This document shows positions 9,259 through 17,833 of a stretch of DNA of 64,000 nucleotides, in pieces (within the stretch, counting starts at the first letter, position 1; every line of letters starts with the position of its first letter). The DNA is from Candidatus Iainarchaeum sp. (GTDB lineage Archaea; Iainarchaeota; Iainarchaeia; Iainarchaeales; GCA-2688035): assembly GCA_017610205.1 (NCBI GenBank), contig JAFCCL010000005.1, positions 1 to 64,000 of the forward strand, written 5' to 3'. The notes under the pieces were generated by a model. That model was not told the DNA's origin. It ran no database searches and was given only the letters and a program-made list of their open reading frames with translations. The position numbers and the translations under genes were made by a program.

Positions 9259-9371
9259 AATAGTAATCCCGAATTTTAATAGAATAGTAATCCCGAATTT
9301 TAATAGAATAGTAATCCCGAATTTTAATAGAATAGTAATCCCGAATTTTAATAGAATAGTAATCCCAAATT
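9259..9371. repeat. 24-bp tandem repeat, 4 full copies plus a partial copy
   Basis: AATAGTAATCCCGAATTTTAATAG at 9259, 9283, 9307, 9331, partial at 9355; no spacers. Confidence 0.95.
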
Positions 9372-9379
9372 CTGTTTAA

Positions 9380-9472
9380 TTCTTATTTTTCAATCGTCAC
9401 TTTGAATTCATAATTACATTCTTATTTTTCAATAGTTACTTCTAATTCATAGTTACATCTTTATTCTTCAAT
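9380..9472. repeat. 39-bp degenerate tandem repeat derived from the rad50 3' end
   Basis: TTCTTATTTTTCAAT... at 9380 and 9419; third copy at 9458 overlaps the rad50 stop codon. Confidence 0.8.
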
Positions 9473-11524
9473 TGGCACAAGAACCGGTTTTGTTGCTGCA
9501 TCGTCGTCTTTTTCCCTTTCAAGAATATAAAGTGAGGCAGAAGCAGCCTTTTTCATTTCACTATTGTGGGTTATTACAAAAACCTGTTCCACAATTGAAG
9601 GCAAATGCAATTGCATCATCTTTCCCAGTGTTTCAACCGCCGCAGTATCTAAGTTGTGTGTTGGCTCATCTAAAATAAGCCAGCTTAGGTTTCTTGCAAG
9701 TACCAGTGAAAAGGCAATTCTAATGCATATTGCTGCAGCGCTTCTTTCTCCCCCGCTTAAAATTCCTTCAACCCTAACCCAGTTTCCGCCTTTTTCTTTT
9801 GCTTTTAATTCATAGCTTCCTTTTTCAACATCCATTTTTGCCGAAACATAATCCTTATAGGGGTAAATTCTTTGCCAGATATCATGCATTGCTTCGTTGA
9901 TTGTTGCAATAAGCATTTCTCTTAATTCTGCCTGTGCTGCAATCAGACTGTTTTCAAAAAATTTCATGTTTTCAAAACCTGATTCAAGTGCCTTTATTTT
10001 TTCTTCCCATTCAATAATTTGCTTTTTTGTTTTTTCAATTCTTTCAATTCCTGTTTTTATCTCTTTTACAAGTTGAAGATTTGCTTCAATTTCTTTCTTT
10101 GCCGATTCAGCGCCTGCTTTTGTTTCAATTGCCTTTTTTCTTTTATCCAAAAGCTCTTTTTCATCAAAATTAATTTCTTTAAAACATTTCTCAAGAACAG
10201 CGATTTCTTTTGCAATATTTTCCACTTGCCGTTCCTTTTCTGCAAGCTTAACAATAGCTTCTTTTAATTGCCCAAGCTTTATCTCTTCTTCCCTTGCCTT
10301 TTCCTTTTTTGCTGTTGATTCTTCCAGTTCCCTTTTTAGTTTTTCAATTATAACATTTGCCTCGGCTTCTTTTTTCAGCGTTTCTTCAAATTTTGTGCTT
10401 GCTTTCCTAATTCCTTCCTCTGTCTCCTGCACAAGCTTTTCCCTTGTCTTAATTTCAAGTTTTTGCCTGCAGGTGGGACATTCTGCTCCAAGGCCTTTGA
10501 ATTCTTTTAAGTGTTCATTTAGTTCCTCTGCTTTCTTTTGGCTTAATGCTGCTTCTTTTCCAAACCCTGTCTTTTTCTTTCGTTCCTCTTCCTCTTTTTT
10601 CTTTGAGTCCAAAATCTTTTTTTCCAATTTCTTAATTTCTTTTTCCAGGGCTTCTTTTTCTTTTTTAATTTCTTCCAAACTTTTTTTGCCGGCTTCTTTT
10701 TTTGTTTCTTCAACTGTCTTTTCAAGTTCTGATATAATTGCTTTTTTTGCTCCAAGCTCTTCCTTAATTTTCCTAAATTCTTTTTCCTTTTCCTCCAATG
10801 CCTTAATCTCTTTTACAAACCATTCCACTTCCAGTGTCTTTCTCCTGGCTTTTTCTTCAAGCGTTTTGTTTTCTTTTTCTTTTGCCCCAATTCTTTTCAA
10901 AAGCTCTGTTTCCCCTTTTTTATCCAAAGAATCCTTTTGTTCCTTTACAAGTACTGCCTTAGCTTTTGCCATTGTCCTAAGTTTGTTTGAAGCACTTACT
11001 GCATTTCCTCTTACAACCTCGTAGCGTTGCAAATCCAACAATTCGTCAAATTTTGTTTTCCTTTCACTTGGAGTTAATCGCAAAAAGGAATCTATTTCAT
11101 TTTGCTCACTGTATACTGCTCTGCTGAACAAATTGTAATTAATTTCAATTGCCTTTTCAACTGCTTTGTTTACATCTCTTGGCTTTGGCCCTGCCAAAAC
11201 CCTGCCATCACACCAAATCTTTGCTTCTGTGCTTCCCTTCTTTTTAATTTTTCTTTCAACCCTGTAATCTTTTTTCCCATAAGAAAATGCAAGTTCAACA
11301 ATTGCCTCCTCTGCCTGATGCGGTTTGGTCATTATAACCTCCTCAAGGGAAACCCTTCTGCTTTGCAGGCTTGGGAAGGTTCCAAATAAGGCAAAACAAA
11401 CAGCGTCCATTACTGAACTCTTACCGCTGCCCATTGCGCCTATGAGTACATTGGTTCCTTTTCCAAATTCAAAAGAACTGTCATAATGGGTTTTCCATCC
11501 TTTAAGATTTATGCTTTCAATCAT
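9461..11524 (-). CDS. rad50: Rad50/SbcC-like SMC ATPase with zinc hook
   Basis: Walker A GAMGSGKSS, coiled coils, central CPTC hook, LSGGE, LILDEPT, ITHN. Confidence 0.88.
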   Translation of the reverse strand: MIESINLKGWKTHYDSSFEFGKGTNVLIGAMGSGKSSVMDAVCFALFGTFPSLQSRRVSLEEVIMTKPHQAEEAIVELAFSYGKKDYRVERKIKKKGSTEAKIWCDGRVLAGPKPRDVNKAVEKAIEINYNLFSRAVYSEQNEIDSFLRLTPSERKTKFDELLDLQRYEVVRGNAVSASNKLRTMAKAKAVLVKEQKDSLDKKGETELLKRIGAKEKENKTLEEKARRKTLEVEWFVKEIKALEEKEKEFRKIKEELGAKKAIISELEKTVEETKKEAGKKSLEEIKKEKEALEKEIKKLEKKILDSKKKEEEERKKKTGFGKEAALSQKKAEELNEHLKEFKGLGAECPTCRQKLEIKTREKLVQETEEGIRKASTKFEETLKKEAEANVIIEKLKRELEESTAKKEKAREEEIKLGQLKEAIVKLAEKERQVENIAKEIAVLEKCFKEINFDEKELLDKRKKAIETKAGAESAKKEIEANLQLVKEIKTGIERIEKTKKQIIEWEEKIKALESGFENMKFFENSLIAAQAELREMLIATINEAMHDIWQRIYPYKDYVSAKMDVEKGSYELKAKEKGGNWVRVEGILSGGERSAAAICIRIAFSLVLARNLSWLILDEPTHNLDTAAVETLGKMMQLHLPSIVEQVFVITHNSEMKKAASASLYILEREKDDDAATKPVLVPIEE

Positions 11525-11582
11525 TCCAGAATCCCGATAACAAGTATACCCCCAAAACCGCTTTTAAAGGATTTGAAAGAAG

Positions 11583-11594
11583 GCTTCCTGTGAA
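11583..11594 (-). promoter_or_regulatory. Variant motif TTCACAGGAAGC upstream of rad50
   Basis: One mismatch to TTCACCGGAAG, same orientation as the gene, TTTAAA 26 nt downstream. Confidence 0.5.
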
Positions 11595-11657
11595 GTTTTT
11601 TGGGGTAGGAGGCAGAAATTTAATTAAAAACAAAGGGCTATTTAATTATTGATAGAA

Positions 11658-11906
11658 ATGCGTACCCAAAAGAAAATCAAGTCAACCCGAACAACTGGAT
11701 TGTTTGTTTCCAAAAGATTAGCCCTTGAAGTAGTTTGTGCCAAACATAACACTTCCATTGGGAAAATTCCTGCATGGCTTTTAAAAAGGACACCTGCCTA
11801 TGTAGATTCTTTTTTAACTAAACCGTCAAAGCATAAACAACGCAGAGCTAAAAGAACGCCTGTGTCCACACCTTCTAAAAAACCACGACCCAAGTACAAA
11901 AAATAA
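11658..11906 (+). CDS. Hypothetical basic protein
   Basis: K/R/P-rich ORF, MRTQKKIK... Confidence 0.5.
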   Translation: MRTQKKIKSTRTTGLFVSKRLALEVVCAKHNTSIGKIPAWLLKRTPAYVDSFLTKPSKHKQRRAKRTPVSTPSKKPRPKYKK

Positions 11907-11946
11907 TTAAATAACTTGCGTGCCTTTTATTAATAGTGAAAAGTAA

Positions 11947-12614
11947 ATGAAAAAAAAATCCGGGGTAAAAGTGGGGCATTTTCAAACGCAATTGCAAAAG
12001 AGTTAATAAAAAAGAAAAAATATTCTGGTAAAAACCTTGCAGAACTTGTTAGAGCAACCCGCGAAAATCCTTCTACTGGTATTAATACTAATTGGGTTAA
12101 TAGGGCAAGAGCCAAAATGAAAATTGGTCCAACTAAGCAAAGAGGTCACCCGGTTGACCCAGTCACTGCAAGAATGGTAAGAAACCTTGTTTGGATGACT
12201 GATTTTAACCAAAAAAAAATTGTCAAAATAATGAACTCTATTGGAAGAAATATTACATCTCCAACAGTTACAAAAATAATGAAACAGGACGAGCATTACA
12301 GATCACCCCAATCAGGAAAAACAGAAAGGGCTAAGAAGAAAAAGGAATTAACTGAGTATTTCAAAAAAATGCCGGTAGGAGAAAGGGTTAAAAGTTGGAC
12401 TACTTTAAATGACGCATTGCAGACTTTAAAGAAAACGCATGCTGTTGAAAAAGATCCTGCTGCAAGGGAGTTGTTACATGAAAAAATGTCCACTATCTTT
12501 GAACTCTTAGAGGCGCTTGTGCCACTTATATCGGAAGCAGCAAGAAAAGCGGATTATGCCAAGACTCTTAAAGCGTTTGAAAAAATTGACCGAATTGTAA
12601 ATAAACAACGTTAA
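11947..12614 (+). CDS. Hypothetical basic protein; 5' end out of frame at an A9 tract (ORF track start 12117)
   Basis: Frame is open from 11940 with no start until 12117; ATG 11947 followed by A9 would be in frame with one extra A. Confidence 0.55.
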
Positions 12615-12880
12615 AGCAGTGTCATTTCAACCATTTCAGCGTCTTCCACAAAAGGCAATTCGTTTATTTCTTTGGTAAGCTCTTCCACTACTTTGTTGTC
12701 CTTTTCGGGGACAGTAAAAGCTGCTTTTATGAACTCTGCACCAAAGCCTATTGGAATTCTTTTTGCATCCCTGAATTCGCCCTTTTTAACAGTTTTAATG
12801 CTTTCAAGGGTTTGGTCAAGTTGTTCCATTTCCTTGGCATTAATTTTGTAAATCAAAACAGTTTTTCCCAAAAGAATCAC
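12611..12880 (-). CDS. ef1b: Elongation factor 1-beta
   Basis: IPIGFGAEFIKAAFTVPE...VEDAEMVEMTLL; downstream of the Zn-ribbon gene, as usual in archaea. Confidence 0.88.
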   Translation of the reverse strand: MILLGKTVLIYKINAKEMEQLDQTLESIKTVKKGEFRDAKRIPIGFGAEFIKAAFTVPEKDNKVVEELTKEINELPFVEDAEMVEMTLL

Positions 12881-13036
12881 CTATGGCCCTTCAAACCCGC
12901 ATTCAGGGCACTTGTATGCTTTTGCCGTATTTCTGCAGTGAAAGCACCTTATAATTGCTGCTTTTCCGCACGCAGGGCATCTAAATTCCACAAAGTCATC
13001 TGAGACTTCCTTATTGCATGTACTACATACCTTCAT
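12881..13036 (-). CDS. Zn-ribbon protein (DUF1610/HVO_2753-like, 51 aa, not in ORF track)
   Basis: MKVCSTC...FRCPACG...IIRCFHCR...YKCPECGFEGP; conserved neighbour of EF-1beta. Confidence 0.88.
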   Translation of the reverse strand: MKVCSTCNKEVSDDFVEFRCPACGKAAIIRCFHCRNTAKAYKCPECGFEGP

Positions 13037-13139
13037 TTTAAAAAAACTCCAAAACAGTTTCTAAAATAACTTTCGTTGGCTATTCTTTAAAAAGGCTACT
13101 GTCAGCCAAAGCATTGCTTCCAAACAATTTTCTTCCCCC

Positions 13140-13556
13140 CTATGCCATTAGTGCAACAGTCAAGTTTTCCGGGTTTCCCCTGCATTTGATAAAAAGCTTT
13201 CCGTAAAAGGAGGTCCTGCTAAACCTTTTCTCAGAGTGTTCTTCCGCTTTTGCCTCTGCATTCCAAAGCATTTTGTTGTCCTTTACTTCCTTATAAAAAT
13301 CCAAAAAACCCTTCTTTGGATTTGAAATGCCAAACTGTCTGCATACTGCAACAAAATTCGGTAGCCTTGCCAAATTAACTGCCATTATCTCAGCGTTCTG
13401 CATTTCCTCGCTAATGGGCTTTTTCTCAGCCGAATTTCTTTTAGCAAGCTCTTTCTCAACAGGTTTTTGCCCCTGTTTTCTTTGAACCTTACTTTGTCCT
13501 GTAGCAGTCCTTTGAGTCAGTGTACCCTTTTTTCTAAACCTATTAAAAATTCCCAT
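13140..13556 (-). CDS. Hypothetical basic protein
   Basis: 138 aa, MGIFNRFRKK..., TATA-like TTTAAA upstream. Confidence 0.65.
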   Translation of the reverse strand: MGIFNRFRKKGTLTQRTATGQSKVQRKQGQKPVEKELAKRNSAEKKPISEEMQNAEIMAVNLARLPNFVAVCRQFGISNPKKGFLDFYKEVKDNKMLWNAEAKAEEHSEKRFSRTSFYGKLFIKCRGNPENLTVALMA

Positions 13557-13619
13557 AAAACCAATAAAATTAGTGCTTCACACCCTTTTAAATATTTCCG
13601 TGGCAACAGAGTTTACAAA

Positions 13620-13781
13620 TTCACTCATCACCTCCAATAAAAAATTTTTTCTAAGGACTCTGTTTTTCTCGGCTTAAACCTTTGCCCTCGCTTTGCTCAG
13701 GCAAAGGATTTAATGCCTCCAAAAACACCAGAGTCGTCCACGAAAAAATTCATTCTAAATTGGAGGTGATGCAATGAGTTT
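13620..13781. repeat. ~160-nt imperfect palindrome (long hairpin)
   Basis: CATCACCTCCAAT/ATTGGAGGTGATG arms, inner GACTCTG/CAGAGTC and CCTTTGCC/GGCAAAGG, loop CTCGCTTTGCTCA. Confidence 0.85.
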
Positions 13782-13917
13782 TTCTCAAAAATTTGATTTT
13801 CCTCTTCCAGACGAGGAAGAAATAAAAACATTAAGGCTGTTGGCAAAGCACTGCCCAGAAGATTTGGATGGAAGAGATATCTGGGTTTTGCAAAACTTTG
13901 TTGGTGATTTGGAATGA
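13774..13917 (+). CDS. Small hypothetical protein (47 aa)
   Basis: Strong SD GGAGGTGA; stop overlaps the ATG at 13914 (ATGA). Confidence 0.5.
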   Translation: MSFSQKFDFPLPDEEEIKTLRLLAKHCPEDLDGRDIWVLQNFVGDLE

Positions 13918-14849
13918 ATCATCCTTTAAAAACTTTCACCGGAAACTCAGAGTCTCAAAAGTGCCTTAAAAAGGAAAAACAAGATTCTATTGGTGGTTGT
14001 GTTTTGGATTCAAAGATGACACCTGACTTGGCAGAAGTTTGTGGCATTCACGCTGGAGATGGTTATATGAGAAAATGTAAGTGGGGTAGTACAGAGATTG
14101 ATATAAGTGGAGGTATTGATGAGAAAGATTGCTATGACAATCATGTTGTACCGCTTTTTGAAAGAGTTTTCAATATTAAAATTAAACCTAGGTTTTTTCC
14201 CCCTAGAAATACTTATGGTTTTGTAATCTATAATGTAAAAATAGCCAAGTTTATGCATTCACTTGGTTTTCCTTATGGTAAAAAAACTCTTACTGTTGCT
14301 GTTCCAGAGCAGATTCTTCACTCAAGAAATCTTGACATAATCTACAGATTTATTAGAGGTGTGTTTGATACTGATGGATGTCTCTCTTTTAGAAAACGAG
14401 GTGGTTCAGGCTATTCCAAAGTTTATCTAAAGAGGCATACTTATCCAATAATAACACTAGGCATATATTCCAAGAATTTATGGAAAGGAATTGGTAAACT
14501 TCTAATGAAAACAGGGTTCCCATTTACTGTCTCTTATCAAAGAGCTAAGAACAATTCTCATAAAAAATACAGAATATTCCTAAGAGGTGATGCCAATACA
14601 ATAAATTGGATTAACAATATTAGTTTCAAAAATCTAATAAAATATAATAGATTCCTAATCTGGAAAAAGTTTGGGTTTATGCCGCCTGGATTAACATACA
14701 AAGAACAGAACGAAATTCTATCAGGGATTACTAACCCAAGCCATTATTATTCTGACAAATTTTCAGATGAAGAAAACTTACTACCTGCTTTAGTTGAAAG
14801 AAGACTAAAAGTTATACAGGACATTGAATCGTTTATTCCTAAAGATTAA
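13914..14849 (+). CDS. Stand-alone LAGLIDADG (DOD) endonuclease-family protein; alternative start 14004/14016
   Basis: LAEVCGIHAGDG and FIRGVFDTDG motifs, LGFPYGKKT; no intein splicing blocks. Confidence 0.85.
   Translation: MNHPLKTFTGNSESQKCLKKEKQDSIGGCVLDSKMTPDLAEVCGIHAGDGYMRKCKWGSTEIDISGGIDEKDCYDNHVVPLFERVFNIKIKPRFFPPRNTYGFVIYNVKIAKFMHSLGFPYGKKTLTVAVPEQILHSRNLDIIYRFIRGVFDTDGCLSFRKRGGSGYSKVYLKRHTYPIITLGIYSKNLWKGIGKLLMKTGFPFTVSYQRAKNNSHKKYRIFLRGDANTINWINNISFKNLIKYNRFLIWKKFGFMPPGLTYKEQNEILSGITNPSHYYSDKFSDEENLLPALVERRLKVIQDIESFIPKD
13935..13946 (+). promoter_or_regulatory. TTCACCGGAAAC motif ahead of the LAGLIDADG core
   Basis: Exact motif, CTTAAAAA 30 nt downstream, SD-like GGTGGT before TTG 14004. 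Confidence 0.5.
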
Positions 14850-14876
14850 AAACACAATTACACTAATATCTATTAT

Positions 14877-14966
14877 GGACCCGTCTGCTAACGGATCGGC
14901 TCCTAGGCTTCGGAATTTTTATAATGGAGAAACCTAGTAATGGGGGTTCGACTCCCTCCGGGTCCA
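14877..14966 (+). tRNA. tRNA-Arg(TCG) with 18-nt intron at 37/38 (14914-14931)
   Basis: Acceptor GGACCCG/CGGGTCC, anticodon stem CTAGG/CCTAG, T-loop TTCGACT, bulge-helix-bulge (CTTC/GGAG with GGA and AAA bulges); no encoded CCA. Confidence 0.9.
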
Positions 14967-14968
14967 AT

Positions 14969-15048
14969 CGCCGACACGTTCGGCGGGCACGAGTGCCATC
15001 TTCGTGTCCTTGGGCACTCGATGACACAACTCGCCTTGCGGGCTCGCA
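14969..15048. repeat. Structured GC-rich element directly after the tRNA
   Basis: Hairpins CGCCGA/TCGGCG and CGAGTGCC/GGCACTCG; shares GAGTGYCATCTTCGT...TCGATGACAC with 57243-57273. Confidence 0.6.
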
Positions 15049-15467
15049 AAGAGGTTAACAGAAAATGACAAGAAAAGACTTCAATACCTTGATGAAGATT
15101 ATTGATCCTAAAAAAACACTGTCAAGAATTATATCCCATTGTGGCAATTTATCTGTTAGCTCTGGTAAAAAGAAAATCCGGCTCAAAACATTTATCTAGC
15201 TTTTTGATGCAAACGGAGTAAATTTTTCTCCAAAGCAAACTTTAACAGGTGCTAATAAACTTTTTACTATCTGCATAGAAAAGTTTACAGGCCATAGTCC
15301 AAAATATAAAAAAAAGATGAATCCTGAAATATTTCATATAGTGGCCGAAATGCAAAATTCTAAAAACAGGATTGGTAAAATAAGAAAGGCAGCTGCTGCA
15401 CAAAGACGAAAAGAAAAAAGAAAAAAAACCCAGAAATAAACCTGCTGGAAGGAGAAAGTGATTCAAT

Positions 15468-15881
15468 ATGAAGATTGTTAGTGCATGCCTTGCTGGAATG
15501 AATGTAAGACATTCTGGTGATAGCAAGGCAAACGAAAAAGTAATTAAATTGGTAAGGGAAGGCAAGGCAATTCCACTTTGCCCTGATCAGCTTGCAGGCT
15601 TTTCAACTCCAAGGGAAGCAAGGGAGATTTGCAAAGGCAAAGTTTTGACTGCATCTGGCGTTGACGTAACAAAGCAAATGCAGGCTGGTGCAGAAGAGGT
15701 TTTGAGAATTGCAAAGCTTGTTGGAGCAAAGGAAGTGATTTTTAAAACCAAGAGTCCGAATTGTGGCTTTGGAAAAGTCTTTGACGGCAGCTTCAGCGGC
15801 AAACTTGTGAAAGGTAAAGGAATTACTGCAGATTTGCTTGAAAAAAACGGAATAAGGGTTTTGACAGAGGAAGAAATTTGA
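15468..15881 (+). CDS. DUF523 (2-thiouracil desulfurase-like) protein
   Basis: VSACLAG, LCPDQLAGFSTPRE, KTKSPNCG, GKGITA. Confidence 0.88.
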   Translation: MKIVSACLAGMNVRHSGDSKANEKVIKLVREGKAIPLCPDQLAGFSTPREAREICKGKVLTASGVDVTKQMQAGAEEVLRIAKLVGAKEVIFKTKSPNCGFGKVFDGSFSGKLVKGKGITADLLEKNGIRVLTEEEI

Positions 15882-15924
15882 CACAGAATAATTTTTATAA
15901 TGGTCTACGTATACTTTATTAGAG

Positions 15925-16155
15925 GTGTTTTTTGTGGAAAAAAAGTTTGAGGTTCTTTTTGAAAAGGATGAAAACAGTGGCTTTGTTGCCTCTGTTCCTG
16001 CTTTGCCTGGCTGTTATTCTCAGGGTAATACTTTGAAGGAAACAAAAGAAAATATTAAAGAGGCTATTGAATTGTATTTGGAAACAGTAGCCGGACAAAA
16101 GAAAAAAGTCAAATCTAATTTTGTTGCTATGGAAGAGATTGTTGTTCATGCCTAA
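15925..16155 (+). CDS. hicB: HicB family antitoxin (short form)
   Basis: FVASVPALPGCYSQGNTLKETKENIKEAIELYLE. Confidence 0.92.
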   Translation: MFFVEKKFEVLFEKDENSGFVASVPALPGCYSQGNTLKETKENIKEAIELYLETVAGQKKKVKSNFVAMEEIVVHA

Positions 16156-16375
16156 ATTGAAGCCGATTAGTTCGCAAAAGCTTGTAAATATCATTTTAAA
16201 ACTTGGTTTTAAAAAGGCAAGACAAAAAGGAAGCCCTATATCACTTGAACACCATGATAGCAGAACTGTTGTTATTCCATTTCACAAGAACAAACCAATA
16301 AAGGTTGGTTTGCTGAATCACTTACTTAAGAAGGATTTAAAAATTTCAAGGGAAGAATTTTTTAAAATGCTTTGA
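16148..16375 (+). CDS. hicA: HicA family toxin (catalytic His replaced by Pro)
   Basis: MPKLKPIS...LGFKKARQKGSPI...VVIPFH...GLLNHLLK. Confidence 0.88.
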   Translation: MPKLKPISSQKLVNIILKLGFKKARQKGSPISLEHHDSRTVVIPFHKNKPIKVGLLNHLLKKDLKISREEFFKML

Positions 16376-16377
16376 TT

Positions 16378-17766
16378 TTAGTATCTAAGAAACTCTTCTT
16401 CTCCCTTCAGATATGTTGTTAGAAATTCTGCAAATTCCTTGTTTTTTTTGTACAATTCCACAAGGTTTTTTTCTTGGAGAATTGCACTGCCCTTGTTTAT
16501 TGCCTTCTTCAATTCGCCTTTTTCAACTCTTTTCTCTTTCTTCAAAAAATCTTGCAAAAATTTTTCAATCCTTGTATACTTTCTTGGAATCTCAATTATC
16601 CATCGCCCTTGTTCAATTCTTGGCCCTGCAATTACTTTTCTGTGTTTTCCCAAAAAAGCCAGGCTGTTTTTTTCGTCTGTAACAAAAGGACCCTGTTTTA
16701 CTGTGCTTTTCTGCAACAGCCTGCTTTCAACCTCAAACACTATTACTATTGCCTTTTTTTCATCTGTCCAGGCTTCGCTTCTTAAAACAGTAAAACCGTT
16801 CAATTGCAGTTGTTTTTCTGTTTTTCTTGCAAATCTTTGAATTTGCCCCCACACTATGTCTGCCAGTGCCTTTTTTGGAAATCCAAGCTTTACTGCAACA
16901 AGTTCTTTTTTCAAAAGCATTGCCTTAAGCCTTTTAATTTGCCATAGCTTTTCCTTTTTGCCAAAGAAAAATTTTTTGCTTGGTTTTTTCAAGAATGCTC
17001 TGCTTGCTGCAACAATTCTGCTGAACTGATTTAGGGAGAGGGCTGCTGCAACATTTCTGTTTTTGTCAACCGGGTCTATTACAATCAATGAGGCGCTTTG
17101 AAACAGCTTTTTTGCGTCGCCTTTTCCACAATGCTTTTCTAAGTCAATTACTTTTCCCTGTGTCCATGTGCTTATTGCCTTTATTGCTTTCAAAAATCCG
17201 CCGTATTCAATTATAAGAAGTTCAACAACATAGCCTGGTACAGAGCTTGCTTTTGTATCAGCTCCGTAGCATTTAATTCCTTTTAAAAATTGCCTCAGCA
17301 ACCTTACTTCTCCTTTCTTTTTGCCGGTTAGTTTTTTCAGCAAGTATTTGTTGTGGAAGGGGCTTCTGTCAACAGCGCTTTGTTTTAATTCACCTTTGCT
17401 TACTTTGTAGCTTGGTATTATTTCAACATCAAATCCGTTAATTTTTCCTTTAATGTAGGGGTGTTCTGAGAATGCCTTTTCCCATTTATGTCCGCGAAAA
17501 ACTTTTTTTCCAAGTCTTAACCCCTCTTTTTCAAACTCTTCCCTATCAAGTTTTTCAGGAAACAGTACAAAAATGTCCAGATCATTGTCGCCTTTTAAAT
17601 GCGTGTCTCTTGCACTGGAACCGCAAAGCATTACTTCAACGTGGCTTCCGCTTGTTGTTCTTATGGCTTTCATTATTTTTTCAGCAAGTTTCTCCTGATT
17701 TTTCCTTTCCTGTTTTCCTGGCGTGATTTTTTTTATCACGTCTTCAATGAGTTTTTTGTTGTGCAT
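16378..17766 (-). CDS. cca: Archaeal class I CCA-adding enzyme
   Basis: GSSARDTHLKGDNDLDIF, SEHPY, AVDRSPFH, IDPVDKNRNVAAA. Confidence 0.95.
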   Translation of the reverse strand: MHNKKLIEDVIKKITPGKQERKNQEKLAEKIMKAIRTTSGSHVEVMLCGSSARDTHLKGDNDLDIFVLFPEKLDREEFEKEGLRLGKKVFRGHKWEKAFSEHPYIKGKINGFDVEIIPSYKVSKGELKQSAVDRSPFHNKYLLKKLTGKKKGEVRLLRQFLKGIKCYGADTKASSVPGYVVELLIIEYGGFLKAIKAISTWTQGKVIDLEKHCGKGDAKKLFQSASLIVIDPVDKNRNVAAALSLNQFSRIVAASRAFLKKPSKKFFFGKKEKLWQIKRLKAMLLKKELVAVKLGFPKKALADIVWGQIQRFARKTEKQLQLNGFTVLRSEAWTDEKKAIVIVFEVESRLLQKSTVKQGPFVTDEKNSLAFLGKHRKVIAGPRIEQGRWIIEIPRKYTRIEKFLQDFLKKEKRVEKGELKKAINKGSAILQEKNLVELYKKNKEFAEFLTTYLKGEEEFLRY

Positions 17767-17833
17767 ATAGAACGCTCAGAGTATTTTGGTAATACTATTA
17801 TATATGAATTTGCTTTATATACTACAGTTTCAC

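Noticed and set aside
9259-9371. CRISPR array
   Set aside because: Units are head-to-tail with no unique spacers, and there are no cas genes in the window; the same applies to 19917-20028.
10395-11024. Long antisense ORFs (also 33404-34291, 55418-55921, 58094-58594, 62840-63916)
   Set aside because: Shadows of well-supported genes on the opposite strand.
15060-15460. Pseudogene of a recognisable family after the tRNA
   Set aside because: Short broken frames with no motif I could assign.
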